Shown: positions 27,514 through 37,280, counted from the stretch's first letter. The stretch is 64,000 nt of DNA from an uncultured delta proteobacterium (GCA_963828255.1 CAWHDZ010000003.1:160001-224000), one strand, 5' to 3'. Notes: generated by a model from the sequence alone, not told the origin. Translations and numbers: made by a program.

Positions 27514-30500
27514 CGTTCAGGTAGGTCCGGATCTCCCACTCGTTGCCCAGCGCACCCGGGTCGGCTGGATTGGGCAGGAAGCGGTTGGAGAAGCCGTTCA
27601 GCGTCCGGTAGGTGCCGCGCAGGCCGATGCTGGTCTGCGGGGCGGCGATCCACATGGGGATGCCGAAGGAGTAGGAGAGGTCGCCCATGACCTGCATCGG
27701 GTAGGTGAGGTTGAAGTCCTTGTAGTAGTCGTAGGCGCCCCAGTCGTTGAACCGGAGGAAGGTCTGGAAGAGCACCGACCTCCAGGACGCCCGCCCCTCG
27801 AGGCCGTAGCGGTTCACGATGCGCGTGTTCGGTCCGATGGCCTGCTGCTGCCCGCCGTAGATCTTCCCGGCGAACCGGAGGTCGGCGTGGGGCGAACCCA
27901 CGAGCCGCAGCGAGAGTTCCCACACGTTGGCGGGCTCCCAGCCGATGGCGAAGGACACGCGCTCCAGGGTTCCATTCGGGATGAAGGTGGCCGCGTCGCT
28001 GGGGGTCGGCTGGTGACGGAAGGTGAAGTCGAGGCTCGCCGTCAGGAATCCGTCCTCCCGGGCATCGTTGTCCCACTGCCACATCCAGGAGCCCGGCGTC
28101 GGGTCGAAGGCGATGAGCAACTCGCCGGCGATGGTCTCCCGGTTGTCGCGGACGGCGAAGGGGTCATCGAGGACGTTCCGGGCCGGGAGGCCGGAGTTGC
28201 TGGGTCCGGCCCCCTCGATGGGCTTCTGCCAGAGGAAGTTGGGAGCGAACTGGAACAGGCCCAGGTTGTAGGCGACGCCGGTGAGGAAGTTCACCTGGTT
28301 GCCCGAGCCGGAGTCCTTGAGCGTCCACCCGGTGAAGGTGTGGTTCTTCTCCCAGCCCGTGTCCGCCACGAGCCCCATGTAGGCCCCGGCGCCGTACCAG
28401 TGCCAGTTGCCGGACTCGATGGAGAGCTTGGCCTTGCCGCCGAAGGTGTCACCGACGGTGATCACCTTCGATGCCACCTGGTCTGCGACCTGGTAGCGCT
28501 GGCCGACCTTGCCGGTGCTGTTGGGGGCGAAGATGGTGGAGGCCCCGGACTGCACGACGCCGGCCTGGAGCCGGGCGATGCCCCACCGGGCGCTCAGGGA
28601 GAGCGCCGTCTGTCGCTGCTGCTTCTGGGGGACGACCGACGAGGTGTTGAGGGCCGTGTTCACGCCCACCTGCTCCTGGTCCACGAAGGTGAGCTCGTAG
28701 TCGCCGAAGGCACGCGTGTACTTGAGGAAGAGGGCCGGGTTGGCGCCCCACCAGAGCTGCGGGCCGTAGGCCACCTTGAGGCCGTCCAGCGCCTTCTTGC
28801 CGCTCACCACGAAGCCGCTCGGCGCCGCCGCGTTGTAGATGTCGATGTCCCGCTGGTTCCAGGCCGGGTTGTTGGCGTAGTAGGCGTCCTGGTAGAGCGT
28901 GAAGAAGTCGCCCTCGTGGGACCAGGAGATGTGTCCCGTGCGGTAGAAGGCGTTCAGGTTGAACCAGGGCTCGTCCCAGTTGACCTTGGCGTCGTAGACC
29001 TGCACGCGCTCCCGGGCGTTCAGCGTGACCGTGGTGCCGTCCATGCTGGTGACCTGTATCGGGCGTGGCGCCTGGTAGAAGATCTCGTCGATGGGGTTGA
29101 GCGCCACGCCGGCCAGCACGTTGACGGATACGCTGGCGGTGAGCTGCTTCACCGGCTGCACCTCGACCTCCACGAAGAAGGACTCCATGTTGCCGAATCC
29201 CAGGTAGGAGGGGAGCGTCGGCTGCGGATTCTGCTTGTTCGGGGTGGTGATGTTCGTGCCGCCGGTGCTGAAGGTCCAGAACTGGAGCTGGACGTTCTTG
29301 AGCCGCACGCGCTCGGAGAAGGCGGAGGCCAGGCTGGCCTGGTTGGCGCGGCCGGTGACCTCGAGCAGCGCCGGCTCGATGGCGTTGAAGGTGACGCTGA
29401 TCGCGGCGAGGTCGGTGGTGGGCGCGTAGGGCGGGAGCTTGAAGGCCTCCCGCAGCGCGTAGTAGGCGGCGCGGGGATACAGGTTGAAGAGGCCTCGCTC
29501 GTCGGGAGGGCCCTTGGCGCAGAGGCCGAACCACTCCTCGTTCATGTTGTTCTCGCCCTCGACGTAGTCGAACCTGTACCCGCCGTTCGACCAGGAGGCG
29601 TTGGTGTCGTGGACGTCGAGGTTCTCGGTCTGCTTGTACTTCCACCAGCCGTCGCTCCACTGGAAGGTGAAGCCGCCGACGGCGTTGCCGACGCGCCCCT
29701 TGCCGGCCGACTGCTCGTAGATCTCCTGCCAGTTGGCGAGCAGGTAGATGGCCTGGTTGAGGCCGTCCTCGCGCATCTCCTTTGCGTTGAAGGCGTCGGA
29801 GCCGAACTCGGCGAACAGTACCGGGAGGCCGAGCTTGTCCTGGACGACCTGGAAGAGGTCGCCGGCCGACTTGCCGCGGTAGACGTTGGTGCCGAAGACG
29901 TCGAGCCCCTTGCACTCCTGGGCGATGAGGTCGATGTACTGCACGTCACCGTTGGCCATCGTGATCAGGTGGTCGGGATCGCGCGCCTTGGTCTCGCGGA
30001 TGATCTCGCCGAAGAGGGAGTAGAGGTAGCGGGCGCGGCCGGCGTCCCGCTCGCCCACCGGCAGGTTCTCGATCTCGCTGGAGCGCCAGGAGAGGCCGTA
30101 GTTGTTCTCGTTGCCGAGCATCCACATGAGGACGCCGGGCGTGTTCTTGAGCGCGTCCACCATGGCCAGGAACTCCGCCTTGGCGGCGGCGCGGAAGCGA
30201 GGGTCCGAGTAGTCGACCTTGTTCTCCGGGATCCAGACGCCGTCGAGGTTGATGCCGTAGCGCCCCACCGCGTGGTTGACGACGCTGTAGATGCCGTACC
30301 GCTCGAAGATGTGCTTCACCCACTTCGCAGGGATGCCGTCGTAGACGCGGATGGCGTTCACGCCCATGGCCTTCAGGAGCGGCATCTCCCGGGCCAGCGC
30401 CGCCTCGATCATGTCGTCGGGCTGCTTCCACAGGCTGAAGTTGTAGTTCGTGCCGATGGGGAAGTAGTCCCAGTTCACGCCGACGACCATGAAGTCCCGT

Positions 30501-30682
30501 CCGTCGACCTGGATCCGGAAGCCCTTCCCGTCCTTCACGACCTTGGCGTCGCGCCCGCCGCTGGGCGGCAGGCGCGCGGCCTGGGCCGACGCGGCCCCCG
30601 GGCAGAGCAGGAGCAGGGCCACCGCCAGCGCGGGGACTGCCGCGGAGCGCAAACGGGCGAAGATTCTGGGGGACGGATTCAT
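27503..30682 (-). CDS. Exported clan-A glycosidase (GH2 TIM-barrel/GH158-like) fused to predicted outer-membrane beta-barrel
   Basis: Signal peptide; GVNAIRVY, LGNENNY, AEFGSD, FQWSDGWWK, NEEWFG; C-terminal ~600 aa of amphipathic beta-strands ending WEIRTYLNVSL. Confidence 0.8.
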   Translation of the reverse strand: MNPSPRIFARLRSAAVPALAVALLLLCPGAASAQAARLPPSGGRDAKVVKDGKGFRIQVDGRDFMVVGVNWDYFPIGTNYNFSLWKQPDDMIEAALAREMPLLKAMGVNAIRVYDGIPAKWVKHIFERYGIYSVVNHAVGRYGINLDGVWIPENKVDYSDPRFRAAAKAEFLAMVDALKNTPGVLMWMLGNENNYGLSWRSSEIENLPVGERDAGRARYLYSLFGEIIRETKARDPDHLITMANGDVQYIDLIAQECKGLDVFGTNVYRGKSAGDLFQVVQDKLGLPVLFAEFGSDAFNAKEMREDGLNQAIYLLANWQEIYEQSAGKGRVGNAVGGFTFQWSDGWWKYKQTENLDVHDTNASWSNGGYRFDYVEGENNMNEEWFGLCAKGPPDERGLFNLYPRAAYYALREAFKLPPYAPTTDLAAISVTFNAIEPALLEVTGRANQASLASAFSERVRLKNVQLQFWTFSTGGTNITTPNKQNPQPTLPSYLGFGNMESFFVEVEVQPVKQLTASVSVNVLAGVALNPIDEIFYQAPRPIQVTSMDGTTVTLNARERVQVYDAKVNWDEPWFNLNAFYRTGHISWSHEGDFFTLYQDAYYANNPAWNQRDIDIYNAAAPSGFVVSGKKALDGLKVAYGPQLWWGANPALFLKYTRAFGDYELTFVDQEQVGVNTALNTSSVVPQKQQRQTALSLSARWGIARLQAGVVQSGASTIFAPNSTGKVGQRYQVADQVASKVITVGDTFGGKAKLSIESGNWHWYGAGAYMGLVADTGWEKNHTFTGWTLKDSGSGNQVNFLTGVAYNLGLFQFAPNFLWQKPIEGAGPSNSGLPARNVLDDPFAVRDNRETIAGELLIAFDPTPGSWMWQWDNDAREDGFLTASLDFTFRHQPTPSDAATFIPNGTLERVSFAIGWEPANVWELSLRLVGSPHADLRFAGKIYGGQQQAIGPNTRIVNRYGLEGRASWRSVLFQTFLRFNDWGAYDYYKDFNLTYPMQVMGDLSYSFGIPMWIAAPQTSIGLRGTYRTLNGFSNRFLPNPADPGALGNEWEIRTYLNVSL

Positions 30683-31716
30683 GCCAGCCTCCTGACGAAA
30701 AGCGCACTGTCCTGTTCCGGGTAGAGGTGACAGCGAACCCGGCGTCCGGGCGCGATCACGCGAGAGGATGGCTCGCTGGCCGCGCAGGCGTCCACGACCT
30801 CCGCACAGCGGGGGGCGAACGGGCAGCCGGCCGCCGCGTGCTCCTCGCCCGCCGAGCGCCGCTTGCCGCCCCCCGGGGCCGCCACCCCGACCCCGGAGAT
30901 CGAGGCGAGCAGGGCGCGGGTGTACGGGTGCGCCGGCGACTCGAGGAGCGCCCGGCTGGGGCCGTCCTCGACCACGCGCCCCCGGTACAGGACCAGGATC
31001 CGGTCCGCCAGGTAGCGCGCCGCCGCGAGGTCGTGGGTGATGAGGAGGATGGCCAGCCCTCGATCGCGCTTCAGGGTGGCGAGCAGGTTGAGGACGCCCG
31101 TGCGGATGGAGACGTCGAGCATCGAGGTTGGTTCGTCGGCCACGAGCAGGTCGGGCTCCACCGCAAGCGCCCGGGCGATGGCCACGCGCTGGCGCTGGCC
31201 GCCGGAGAGCTCGAAGGGCAGCCGGTCGATGAAGTCCTCGGCGGGCAGGAGGCCGACCGTCCGGAGCAGGTCGAGGGCCCGCTCCCGGAGCAGCCCGCCG
31301 CCGCCGGCGCCGAATCGCCTCAAGGGCGGCTCGAGGTGCTCGGAGACCATGCGCACGGGGTTCAGGGAGCCGAACGGGTCCTGGAAGATCATCTGCACCC
31401 GTCCGCGGTAGGCGAGCGAGGCGGCGCGGGGCTCGCGCTCCAGCACGTCGACTCCGTCGAGCCGGATCTGGCCGGAGTCGGGCTGGTCGAGCCGGAGGAG
31501 CAGTCGCGCGATGGTGCTCTTGCCGCTGCCCGACTCGCCCACCAGTGCGACGGCCTCGCCCCGCTCGACCCGGAACGACACCCCCTCGGCGGCGACGACC
31601 CTGCGGACGGGCCGGAAGGGAGTGCGGGTGACGAAGGCCTTCTCTACGTCCCGCACCTCGAGCAGGTGGGGGGTCGGAGGGAAGCCGGTTTCTGCGCCAC
31701 GAGCCACCCAGATCAC
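30679..31716 (-). CDS. ABC ATPase (OppF-like)
   Basis: GESGSGKS, QMIFQDP, LSGGQRQR, ADEPTSMLD, HPYT, GCPFAPRC; start uncertain. Confidence 0.93.
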   Translation of the reverse strand: MIWVARGAETGFPPTPHLLEVRDVEKAFVTRTPFRPVRRVVAAEGVSFRVERGEAVALVGESGSGKSTIARLLLRLDQPDSGQIRLDGVDVLEREPRAASLAYRGRVQMIFQDPFGSLNPVRMVSEHLEPPLRRFGAGGGGLLRERALDLLRTVGLLPAEDFIDRLPFELSGGQRQRVAIARALAVEPDLLVADEPTSMLDVSIRTGVLNLLATLKRDRGLAILLITHDLAAARYLADRILVLYRGRVVEDGPSRALLESPAHPYTRALLASISGVGVAAPGGGKRRSAGEEHAAAGCPFAPRCAEVVDACAASEPSSRVIAPGRRVRCHLYPEQDSALFVRRLA

Positions 31717-31750
31717 CTGAGCCTTCTCGTCGGGGGGAAGGGGAAGCGAC

Positions 31751-31799
31751 GCTTTGTTCGATAGCCGAACAAACTAGCCATGGCGGCGTGGAGTGTCAA
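31751..31799 (-). promoter_or_regulatory. sigma70 promoter TTGACA-N17-TAGTTT overlapped by ROK operator copy 3 (31751-31775)
   Basis: GCTTTGTTCG-ATAGC-CGAACAAACT; TGTCAA at 31794-31799. Confidence 0.8.
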
Positions 31800-31830
31800 G
31801 TGCGGCGGCGTCGTGGCGGCGGCGGTCCGG

Positions 31831-34800
31831 TCAGCAGCCCGGAGCCGTGTGGACGTCGATCCGGCGGACGCGACCGGTGCGCTCGAAGACGCTCGCCGAG
31901 GTCTCCCGGTCGAGCGTGTCGCCGGCCACCGGGACGACCCGTCCGTCGGCCAGGGTGACCTCGATCCGGGGCTCGCCGGAGAGGTGGTAGACCACCGGGA
32001 CCTGGCAGTAGGTGAAGGCGAGGGTTCCGGGGGGAAGCTCGATGGCCATCGACTCTCCCCGAACGTCGAAGGGCTCGAAGCGGGCCCGGGAACGGAGGAA
32101 CTCGCTGCGGCGGAGCAGCAGGGGCCGGAACTGCAGGCGCCCCTCGCGGACCCGAGCGCCCAGCTCCCCCAGCCGGGTGATGATCTCCTCCTTCACCTCA
32201 CCGGTCATCCCGGGCTGCTGCGCACCGGCGTGGGCCGGGGTGTGGGAGTAGGGGTCCAGCGGGAAGGCCCCGTACACGGCGGGTGACTTGCCGAGCCCCA
32301 CCACACCGGAGCGGATCCGGTGGTAGCGGTCGGCGAGGCGCCGCTGCAGGGCGGCGGGAGCCCCGGCGTCGGCGGCCGCGAGCGCGCACTCCTGGGTGGC
32401 CACGAGCAGCTTGCCGACCATGTGCCAGTAGATGCTCCCCAGCCCCTCGTACGCGAACATGGTGCCGCTGCGCCCGGTGAAGGCGCGGTGCCGGAACACC
32501 CGCTCGTAGACGTCGAGCACCTGGCCGATCTCCTCCTCGCCGAGGTCCGGGTGGGAGCTGGCCCGGAGCGCCAGCAGGGCCTCCCGGCATCGATCGCCGT
32601 TGGTGAGCCCCTCGGCGAAGCGGAACCTGCCGTCGGCGTCCCGCACCACGATGCGCGGGTCGCCCGAGGCCACGAGCGAGGACAGGAGCGGGGAGGACCG
32701 GACGTCCTTGGCCGGGATCAGGCTCTTCTCGAGGAAGCCGGGGAGCTCGCGGTCGGGGTAGAGCAGGTAGCTGTCCTGGTCGGCCCGGTACATCCGGCTC
32801 CGCGCCAGCGCGGAGAGGACGCCGTCGGCCTGCTTCGGATCGAGGGAGCCCGAGCTCAGCACGGCGACCTGCCCCTCCAGCATCTCGTACAGGTGCTCGA
32901 TGCCGAAGGTCCCGTCCGGCCTCGGCACCAGCACGTTGTAGGCGTGGAAGAGCCCGTCGGGACGGCGGGCCAGGCCGATGGAGTGGGAGAGGAGCCCGGC
33001 GGCCAGCGCCGCGACCCGCAGGACCTCGTCGACCTCGACCGGCGTCCGGCCGGAGAAGCCCCCGCGGTAGACGGCTTCCCGGTAGGTGCTCGCCACCTCG
33101 CCGAGCGCCCGCAGCAGGCGGCCGCGGGAGGCGTCGGACACCTTCGCCGATGAGAGGACGTCGCGGTTGGCCTCCAGCGCGCGCGCCGTGCCATCCAGCC
33201 AGTCGCGCACCTCGTTCGAGAGCGGGACCGATCGGCCGCGCAGCGGCCCGAGCAGGCGGGGCAGGAAGGCCAGGTAGCGCTCCAGGTGGCAGAGCGTCAC
33301 CATCGACACGCCGTAGCCGACCAGGGCGTTGTTGGCGTCGTTCCACTCGGGGCGCTGGGTGTTGAGCCAGATCCCGCCGCCCGGCACGAAGTTGGCGAGC
33401 TTCGCCAGCGCTGCCACCAGGAGCTTCTCGACCAGCCCGACGTGCACGACCGCGCCGGCGTCCTGCAGGAGCTTGCCGTCCGAGCCCAGCTCCGCGCAGA
33501 GCGCCTGGCTCCGCGCGTCCTTCTCGGCGTCGAAGTGGATGGTGGACCGGGGGTTCCGCACGATCTCGGCGAACGGGACGATCTCGTAGGGGACGTCGGC
33601 GTAGGAGAAGATGTCGCGCTCGAGGAGCGCCCGCAACCGCTCGGGGTGGTGGTCGAGCGAGAGCTCGAGGAGCCGGAGCAGGTAGATGATCTGGTGGTCG
33701 CCCCAGTAGCCGATGGTGGACCAGGGATGGCCCGGGTCGGGCGCCTCCCAGTCGATGCCGTCCTTGGTGATGCGGTACGGGTTGTGGCCGTCCACCGTCG
33801 AGGCGTTCACGAACTTGGCGATGATGTTCTCGACGAACTCGGGGTAGCTGAGGGAGAGCGCCTCCCAGTTCTGGAAGATGTCCCGCCAGTTCCCCTCGAA
33901 GTAGAGGACCCGGTTCCCCTCGGCGTCGCGCACCTGGATGTCGAAGCGGTTCCAGGGCCGGCTGGGGTCGCCGTGCCTGCGGCTGAAGGTGAGGGGGAGG
34001 TACTCGTGCGCGAGCCGCTCGAGGTCGGGGTCGCGCAGGGAAGCGGCGCGGACCAGGAGCGCGGGTCCGGACTCGGTCGCGCCGAGCCCGTCGAGGAAGG
34101 CGCGGTGGCGCTCCCCGGTGCGCCGGTTCGAACGGCGGACGAAGGAGGCGAAGTCGGGGCCGGGGACGTCGTAGCCGTGGACGTAGACGCCGCCGCGCAG
34201 GTCGTTGAAGAGGACGTTCCCCACGTGGTGGGCCGAGGAGAGCCGGTCGCCGGTGAGTTGCAGGCCGTCGGTCGCGGCCACGATCTGGAGGAGGTTCCTC
34301 CGCCCGGCCGCCGCGTCCTCCCGGACCTCGGCGAAGAGCCGGGCCGGTTGCCGGAGGTGGGAGCGCAGCTCCACCACCTGCCGCTGGGACCGGTCCACGT
34401 CGGCCACCATCGCCCACCCCTGGGCGCCTCCCCCGGGGAGCGTGCAGCGCGACTCGAGCAGGTAGGCCCCGCGTCGCCCCCGGACCTCCGCCTCGGGACG
34501 TCCCGGGCGCCCGGCGTCGAACGTGGCCAGCCGGTCCGCCGAGAGGTGCACCCGTGGCCGTGGGAGTCCGTGGCTCCACACGGTGCTGGCCTTCAACGAC
34601 TCGCTGGGCTCGGCGCGATCGACCGGCTGGGCGGCCAGCGCGTAGAGCGCGAGCGAGGTCCCGGGCACGATCTCGCTCTTCTTGTAGGCGTCGAGCAGGC
34701 AGCTGAATCCAAGCTGGAGCGCCTCGTCGACGTTGGCGGGCAGGATGTTCAGGAGGCCGTCGAGGATCTCGACCTCGACCGGGGTCCTCCCCCGGTTCTC

Positions 34801-35298
34801 GAGCGCGCACTCCCGGACGAACCCGAACCGGTCGCTCGTCGTCCACTCGTAGCGGAAGGTGATCCCCAGGTCCTGGTTGGTCTCCTCCAGGACGAGCCGG
34901 TTGCCGACGACGTTCTTGTAGAGCCGCCGGGTGACGGAGTAGGTGAGCAGATCGGACCCGCGGAAGGGATGCCAGAGCGACCGGCGTCCCCCGCGCGTCA
35001 CCAGCAGGGAGGTGACCGGCCCCGTGACCCCCGCGCCGTCCACGAGCTTGTCCTCGGTGACGTAGGGGAAGAGGGCCAGTCCCGGGTTCTTCCGCCCCGC
35101 GGTGAGCCCTCCGTTGCTGGCCACGAAGAGCCAGTGGTCGGAGTCGCTGACCACGCTCACCAGGAACGGGCGCATCCCCTGGGCGCCGTCGATGACGTAG
35201 AACGCCTCGCCGAAGGCCTCGGTGAAGCGCCCCTCGACGGGCCGATCCTGCGCGGGAACGGGGCTCCGTCCGAAGAGGATGCCTGCTGGTCGCCGCAT
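31831..35298 (-). CDS. GH149-like beta-1,3-glucan phosphorylase
   Basis: ~1155 aa, no signal peptide; ALFPYVTEDK, FSRRHGDPSRPWN, EGNWRDIFQNWEAL, QRPEWNDANNALVG, YEGLGSIYWHMV, GAFPLDPYSHTP, AQQPGMTG motifs; GGAG RBS. Confidence 0.85.
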   Translation of the reverse strand: MRRPAGILFGRSPVPAQDRPVEGRFTEAFGEAFYVIDGAQGMRPFLVSVVSDSDHWLFVASNGGLTAGRKNPGLALFPYVTEDKLVDGAGVTGPVTSLLVTRGGRRSLWHPFRGSDLLTYSVTRRLYKNVVGNRLVLEETNQDLGITFRYEWTTSDRFGFVRECALENRGRTPVEVEILDGLLNILPANVDEALQLGFSCLLDAYKKSEIVPGTSLALYALAAQPVDRAEPSESLKASTVWSHGLPRPRVHLSADRLATFDAGRPGRPEAEVRGRRGAYLLESRCTLPGGGAQGWAMVADVDRSQRQVVELRSHLRQPARLFAEVREDAAAGRRNLLQIVAATDGLQLTGDRLSSAHHVGNVLFNDLRGGVYVHGYDVPGPDFASFVRRSNRRTGERHRAFLDGLGATESGPALLVRAASLRDPDLERLAHEYLPLTFSRRHGDPSRPWNRFDIQVRDAEGNRVLYFEGNWRDIFQNWEALSLSYPEFVENIIAKFVNASTVDGHNPYRITKDGIDWEAPDPGHPWSTIGYWGDHQIIYLLRLLELSLDHHPERLRALLERDIFSYADVPYEIVPFAEIVRNPRSTIHFDAEKDARSQALCAELGSDGKLLQDAGAVVHVGLVEKLLVAALAKLANFVPGGGIWLNTQRPEWNDANNALVGYGVSMVTLCHLERYLAFLPRLLGPLRGRSVPLSNEVRDWLDGTARALEANRDVLSSAKVSDASRGRLLRALGEVASTYREAVYRGGFSGRTPVEVDEVLRVAALAAGLLSHSIGLARRPDGLFHAYNVLVPRPDGTFGIEHLYEMLEGQVAVLSSGSLDPKQADGVLSALARSRMYRADQDSYLLYPDRELPGFLEKSLIPAKDVRSSPLLSSLVASGDPRIVVRDADGRFRFAEGLTNGDRCREALLALRASSHPDLGEEEIGQVLDVYERVFRHRAFTGRSGTMFAYEGLGSIYWHMVGKLLVATQECALAAADAGAPAALQRRLADRYHRIRSGVVGLGKSPAVYGAFPLDPYSHTPAHAGAQQPGMTGEVKEEIITRLGELGARVREGRLQFRPLLLRRSEFLRSRARFEPFDVRGESMAIELPPGTLAFTYCQVPVVYHLSGEPRIEVTLADGRVVPVAGDTLDRETSASVFERTGRVRRIDVHTAPGC

Positions 35299-35340
35299 GT
35301 CACTCCAGGGGGGCTTGCCCGGTCCACCGGAACGGGCGTA

Positions 35341-35390
35341 ACTTTGTTCGCCAACAGAACAAACTAAGCGGCGCCCACTCGAACTGTCAA
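35341..35390 (-). promoter_or_regulatory. sigma70 promoter TTGACA-N18-TAGTTT overlapped by ROK operator copy 4 (35341-35365)
   Basis: ACTTTGTTCG-CCAAC-AGAACAAACT; TGTCAA at 35385-35390; lies in the divergent GH149/GH17 intergenic region. Confidence 0.8.
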
Positions 35391-35434
35391 GGCAGCGGGC
35401 AGGACGGCGGGTGGGGCGAAGCCAGGAGGAACCC

Positions 35435-36349
35435 GTGTCGTTCCCCAGCAAGAATCGCCTGATGGACCGGCCGGTCACCGGCGCTGCCCGTCTCGAGTTC
35501 CAGGGCCTGGGATTGCCCGGGCTGGTCGAGGCCTTCCGGAGGACCCTCCACGAGCGGATCCACGGAATCTGCTTCAGCGCCTACGTGGAGGGGCAGAGCC
35601 CGGACCTCCAGACCCAGCTCTCCGCCGACCAGATCCGGGAGCGGATGGAGATCGTCCGCCCGGCCGTGAGGTGGGTCCGGACCTTCTCCTGCACCGACGG
35701 CAACGAGCACGCCCCCCGCATCGCCCACGATCTGGGGCTGAAGACCCTGGTGGGGGCCTGGCTGGGAACGGACCGGGAGAAGAACGAGGCCGAGATCCAG
35801 GGTCTCGTCGAGGTGGCTCGGGCAGGGCACGCCGACATGATCGCGGTGGGCAACGAGGTGCTCTACAGGGAGGACCTGGCCGAGGAGGAACTCGTCGAGG
35901 CGATCCGGCGGGTGAAGGACGCCGTGCCCGGGATCCCGGTCGGCTACGTGGACGCGTACTACCTCTTCACGGGCCACCCCCGGATCGTGGATGCCTGCGA
36001 CGTGCTGCTGGTGAACTGCTACCCGTTCTGGGAGTACTGCAGCCTCGAGCACGCGCTCGGCTACATGCAGGAGATGGTCGCCCGGGTGGAGCGGGTGGGC
36101 CGCGGCAAGCGGATCGCGATCAGCGAGACCGGCTGGCCGAGCGCCGGGGCGCCCCTGGGCGGCGCCGTCCCCTCGGAGGAGAACGCGCTCCTCTACTTCC
36201 TCAACACGGTCAAGTGGACCCGGGAGGCCGGGATCGAGGCCTTCTACTTCTCCGCTTTCGACGAGGAGTGGAAGGCGGGCCACGAGGGGGACCGGGGCGT
36301 CTACTGGGGCCTCTGGGACCAGCGCGGGAAGCTCAAGTATGGTGCTTGA
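35435..36349 (+). CDS. Glycoside hydrolase family 17 (cytoplasmic)
   Basis: AGGAGG RBS then GTG; VRTFS, AVGNEV, NCYPFWE, ISETGWPS, AFDEEWK. Confidence 0.9.
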   Translation: MSFPSKNRLMDRPVTGAARLEFQGLGLPGLVEAFRRTLHERIHGICFSAYVEGQSPDLQTQLSADQIRERMEIVRPAVRWVRTFSCTDGNEHAPRIAHDLGLKTLVGAWLGTDREKNEAEIQGLVEVARAGHADMIAVGNEVLYREDLAEEELVEAIRRVKDAVPGIPVGYVDAYYLFTGHPRIVDACDVLLVNCYPFWEYCSLEHALGYMQEMVARVERVGRGKRIAISETGWPSAGAPLGGAVPSEENALLYFLNTVKWTREAGIEAFYFSAFDEEWKAGHEGDRGVYWGLWDQRGKLKYGA

Positions 36350-37280
36350 AGGCAACGCCATCTGCTACTCGGGCTACCGCGAGGGGCAGAACCCGAACAC
36401 CGGGGTCTTCCCGTCCCGGGAGGAGGTCCGCGAGGACCTGCTCCTGCTCTCGCGCCACTGGAACTTCCTCCGGCTCTACGACTGCACCCGCCACGCCGAG
36501 TTGGTGCTCGACGTGATCCAGCGGGAGCGGCTCGGCATGAAGGTGCTCCTCGGCGCCTGGCTCGGCGCCGAGGCGGACAACCCGGGGTGCCCCTGGGGCG
36601 GCGTCCACGGGGAGGACCTGCTCGAGAGGAACCGCGAGGAGAACCAGGCCGAGCTGTGGCGCCTGGTCCGGCTGGCCCGCCTCCACCCCGACACCGTCGT
36701 CGCCGTGGCGGTCGGGAACGAGGCCACGGTCGAGTGGACCGATCACCTGGTCCCTCCGGAGCGGGTGCTCGAGCACGTGCGCTGGGTGCGGCGGGAGATC
36801 CCCCAGCCCATCACCTTCTGCGAGAACTACGTTCCCTGGCTGGGCAAGCTCGACGCGCTGGCCGCGGAGCTGGACTTCATCTCGGTCCATACCTACCCGG
36901 TCTGGGAATTCCGGACCATCGAGGAGGCCCTCGACTACACCATCCACAACTGGCGGAGCGTCGCGGAGCGCCACCCGGGGAAGCCGGTCGTCATCACCGA
37001 GGCGGGCTGGACCACGCGGTCGAGCGGGCGCGGAATCCGTCCGGACAACGCCTCCCCGGCCCTGCAGGCGATCTACCTCGAGCAGCTGACCCGCTGGAGC
37101 CGTGAGGCCGGGGTCCTCACCTTCGTCTTCGAGGCCTTCGACGAACCGTGGAAGGGCTCGGCCGACCCGCTCGAGCCGGAGAAGCACTGGGGGCTCTTCA
37201 CCGTGGACCGGCGCCCCAAGCCTTCGGTGGCGCGGCTCTACCCCGAACTCCCCGTCGCCGAGGTGCACCACGATGCGTGA
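36339..37280 (+). CDS. Glycoside hydrolase family 17 (cytoplasmic)
   Basis: AICYSGYREGQ, LRLY, VGNEA, HTYPVWE, ITEAGW, FEAFDEPWK, EKHWGL. Confidence 0.9.
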   Translation: MVLEGNAICYSGYREGQNPNTGVFPSREEVREDLLLLSRHWNFLRLYDCTRHAELVLDVIQRERLGMKVLLGAWLGAEADNPGCPWGGVHGEDLLERNREENQAELWRLVRLARLHPDTVVAVAVGNEATVEWTDHLVPPERVLEHVRWVRREIPQPITFCENYVPWLGKLDALAAELDFISVHTYPVWEFRTIEEALDYTIHNWRSVAERHPGKPVVITEAGWTTRSSGRGIRPDNASPALQAIYLEQLTRWSREAGVLTFVFEAFDEPWKGSADPLEPEKHWGLFTVDRRPKPSVARLYPELPVAEVHHDA

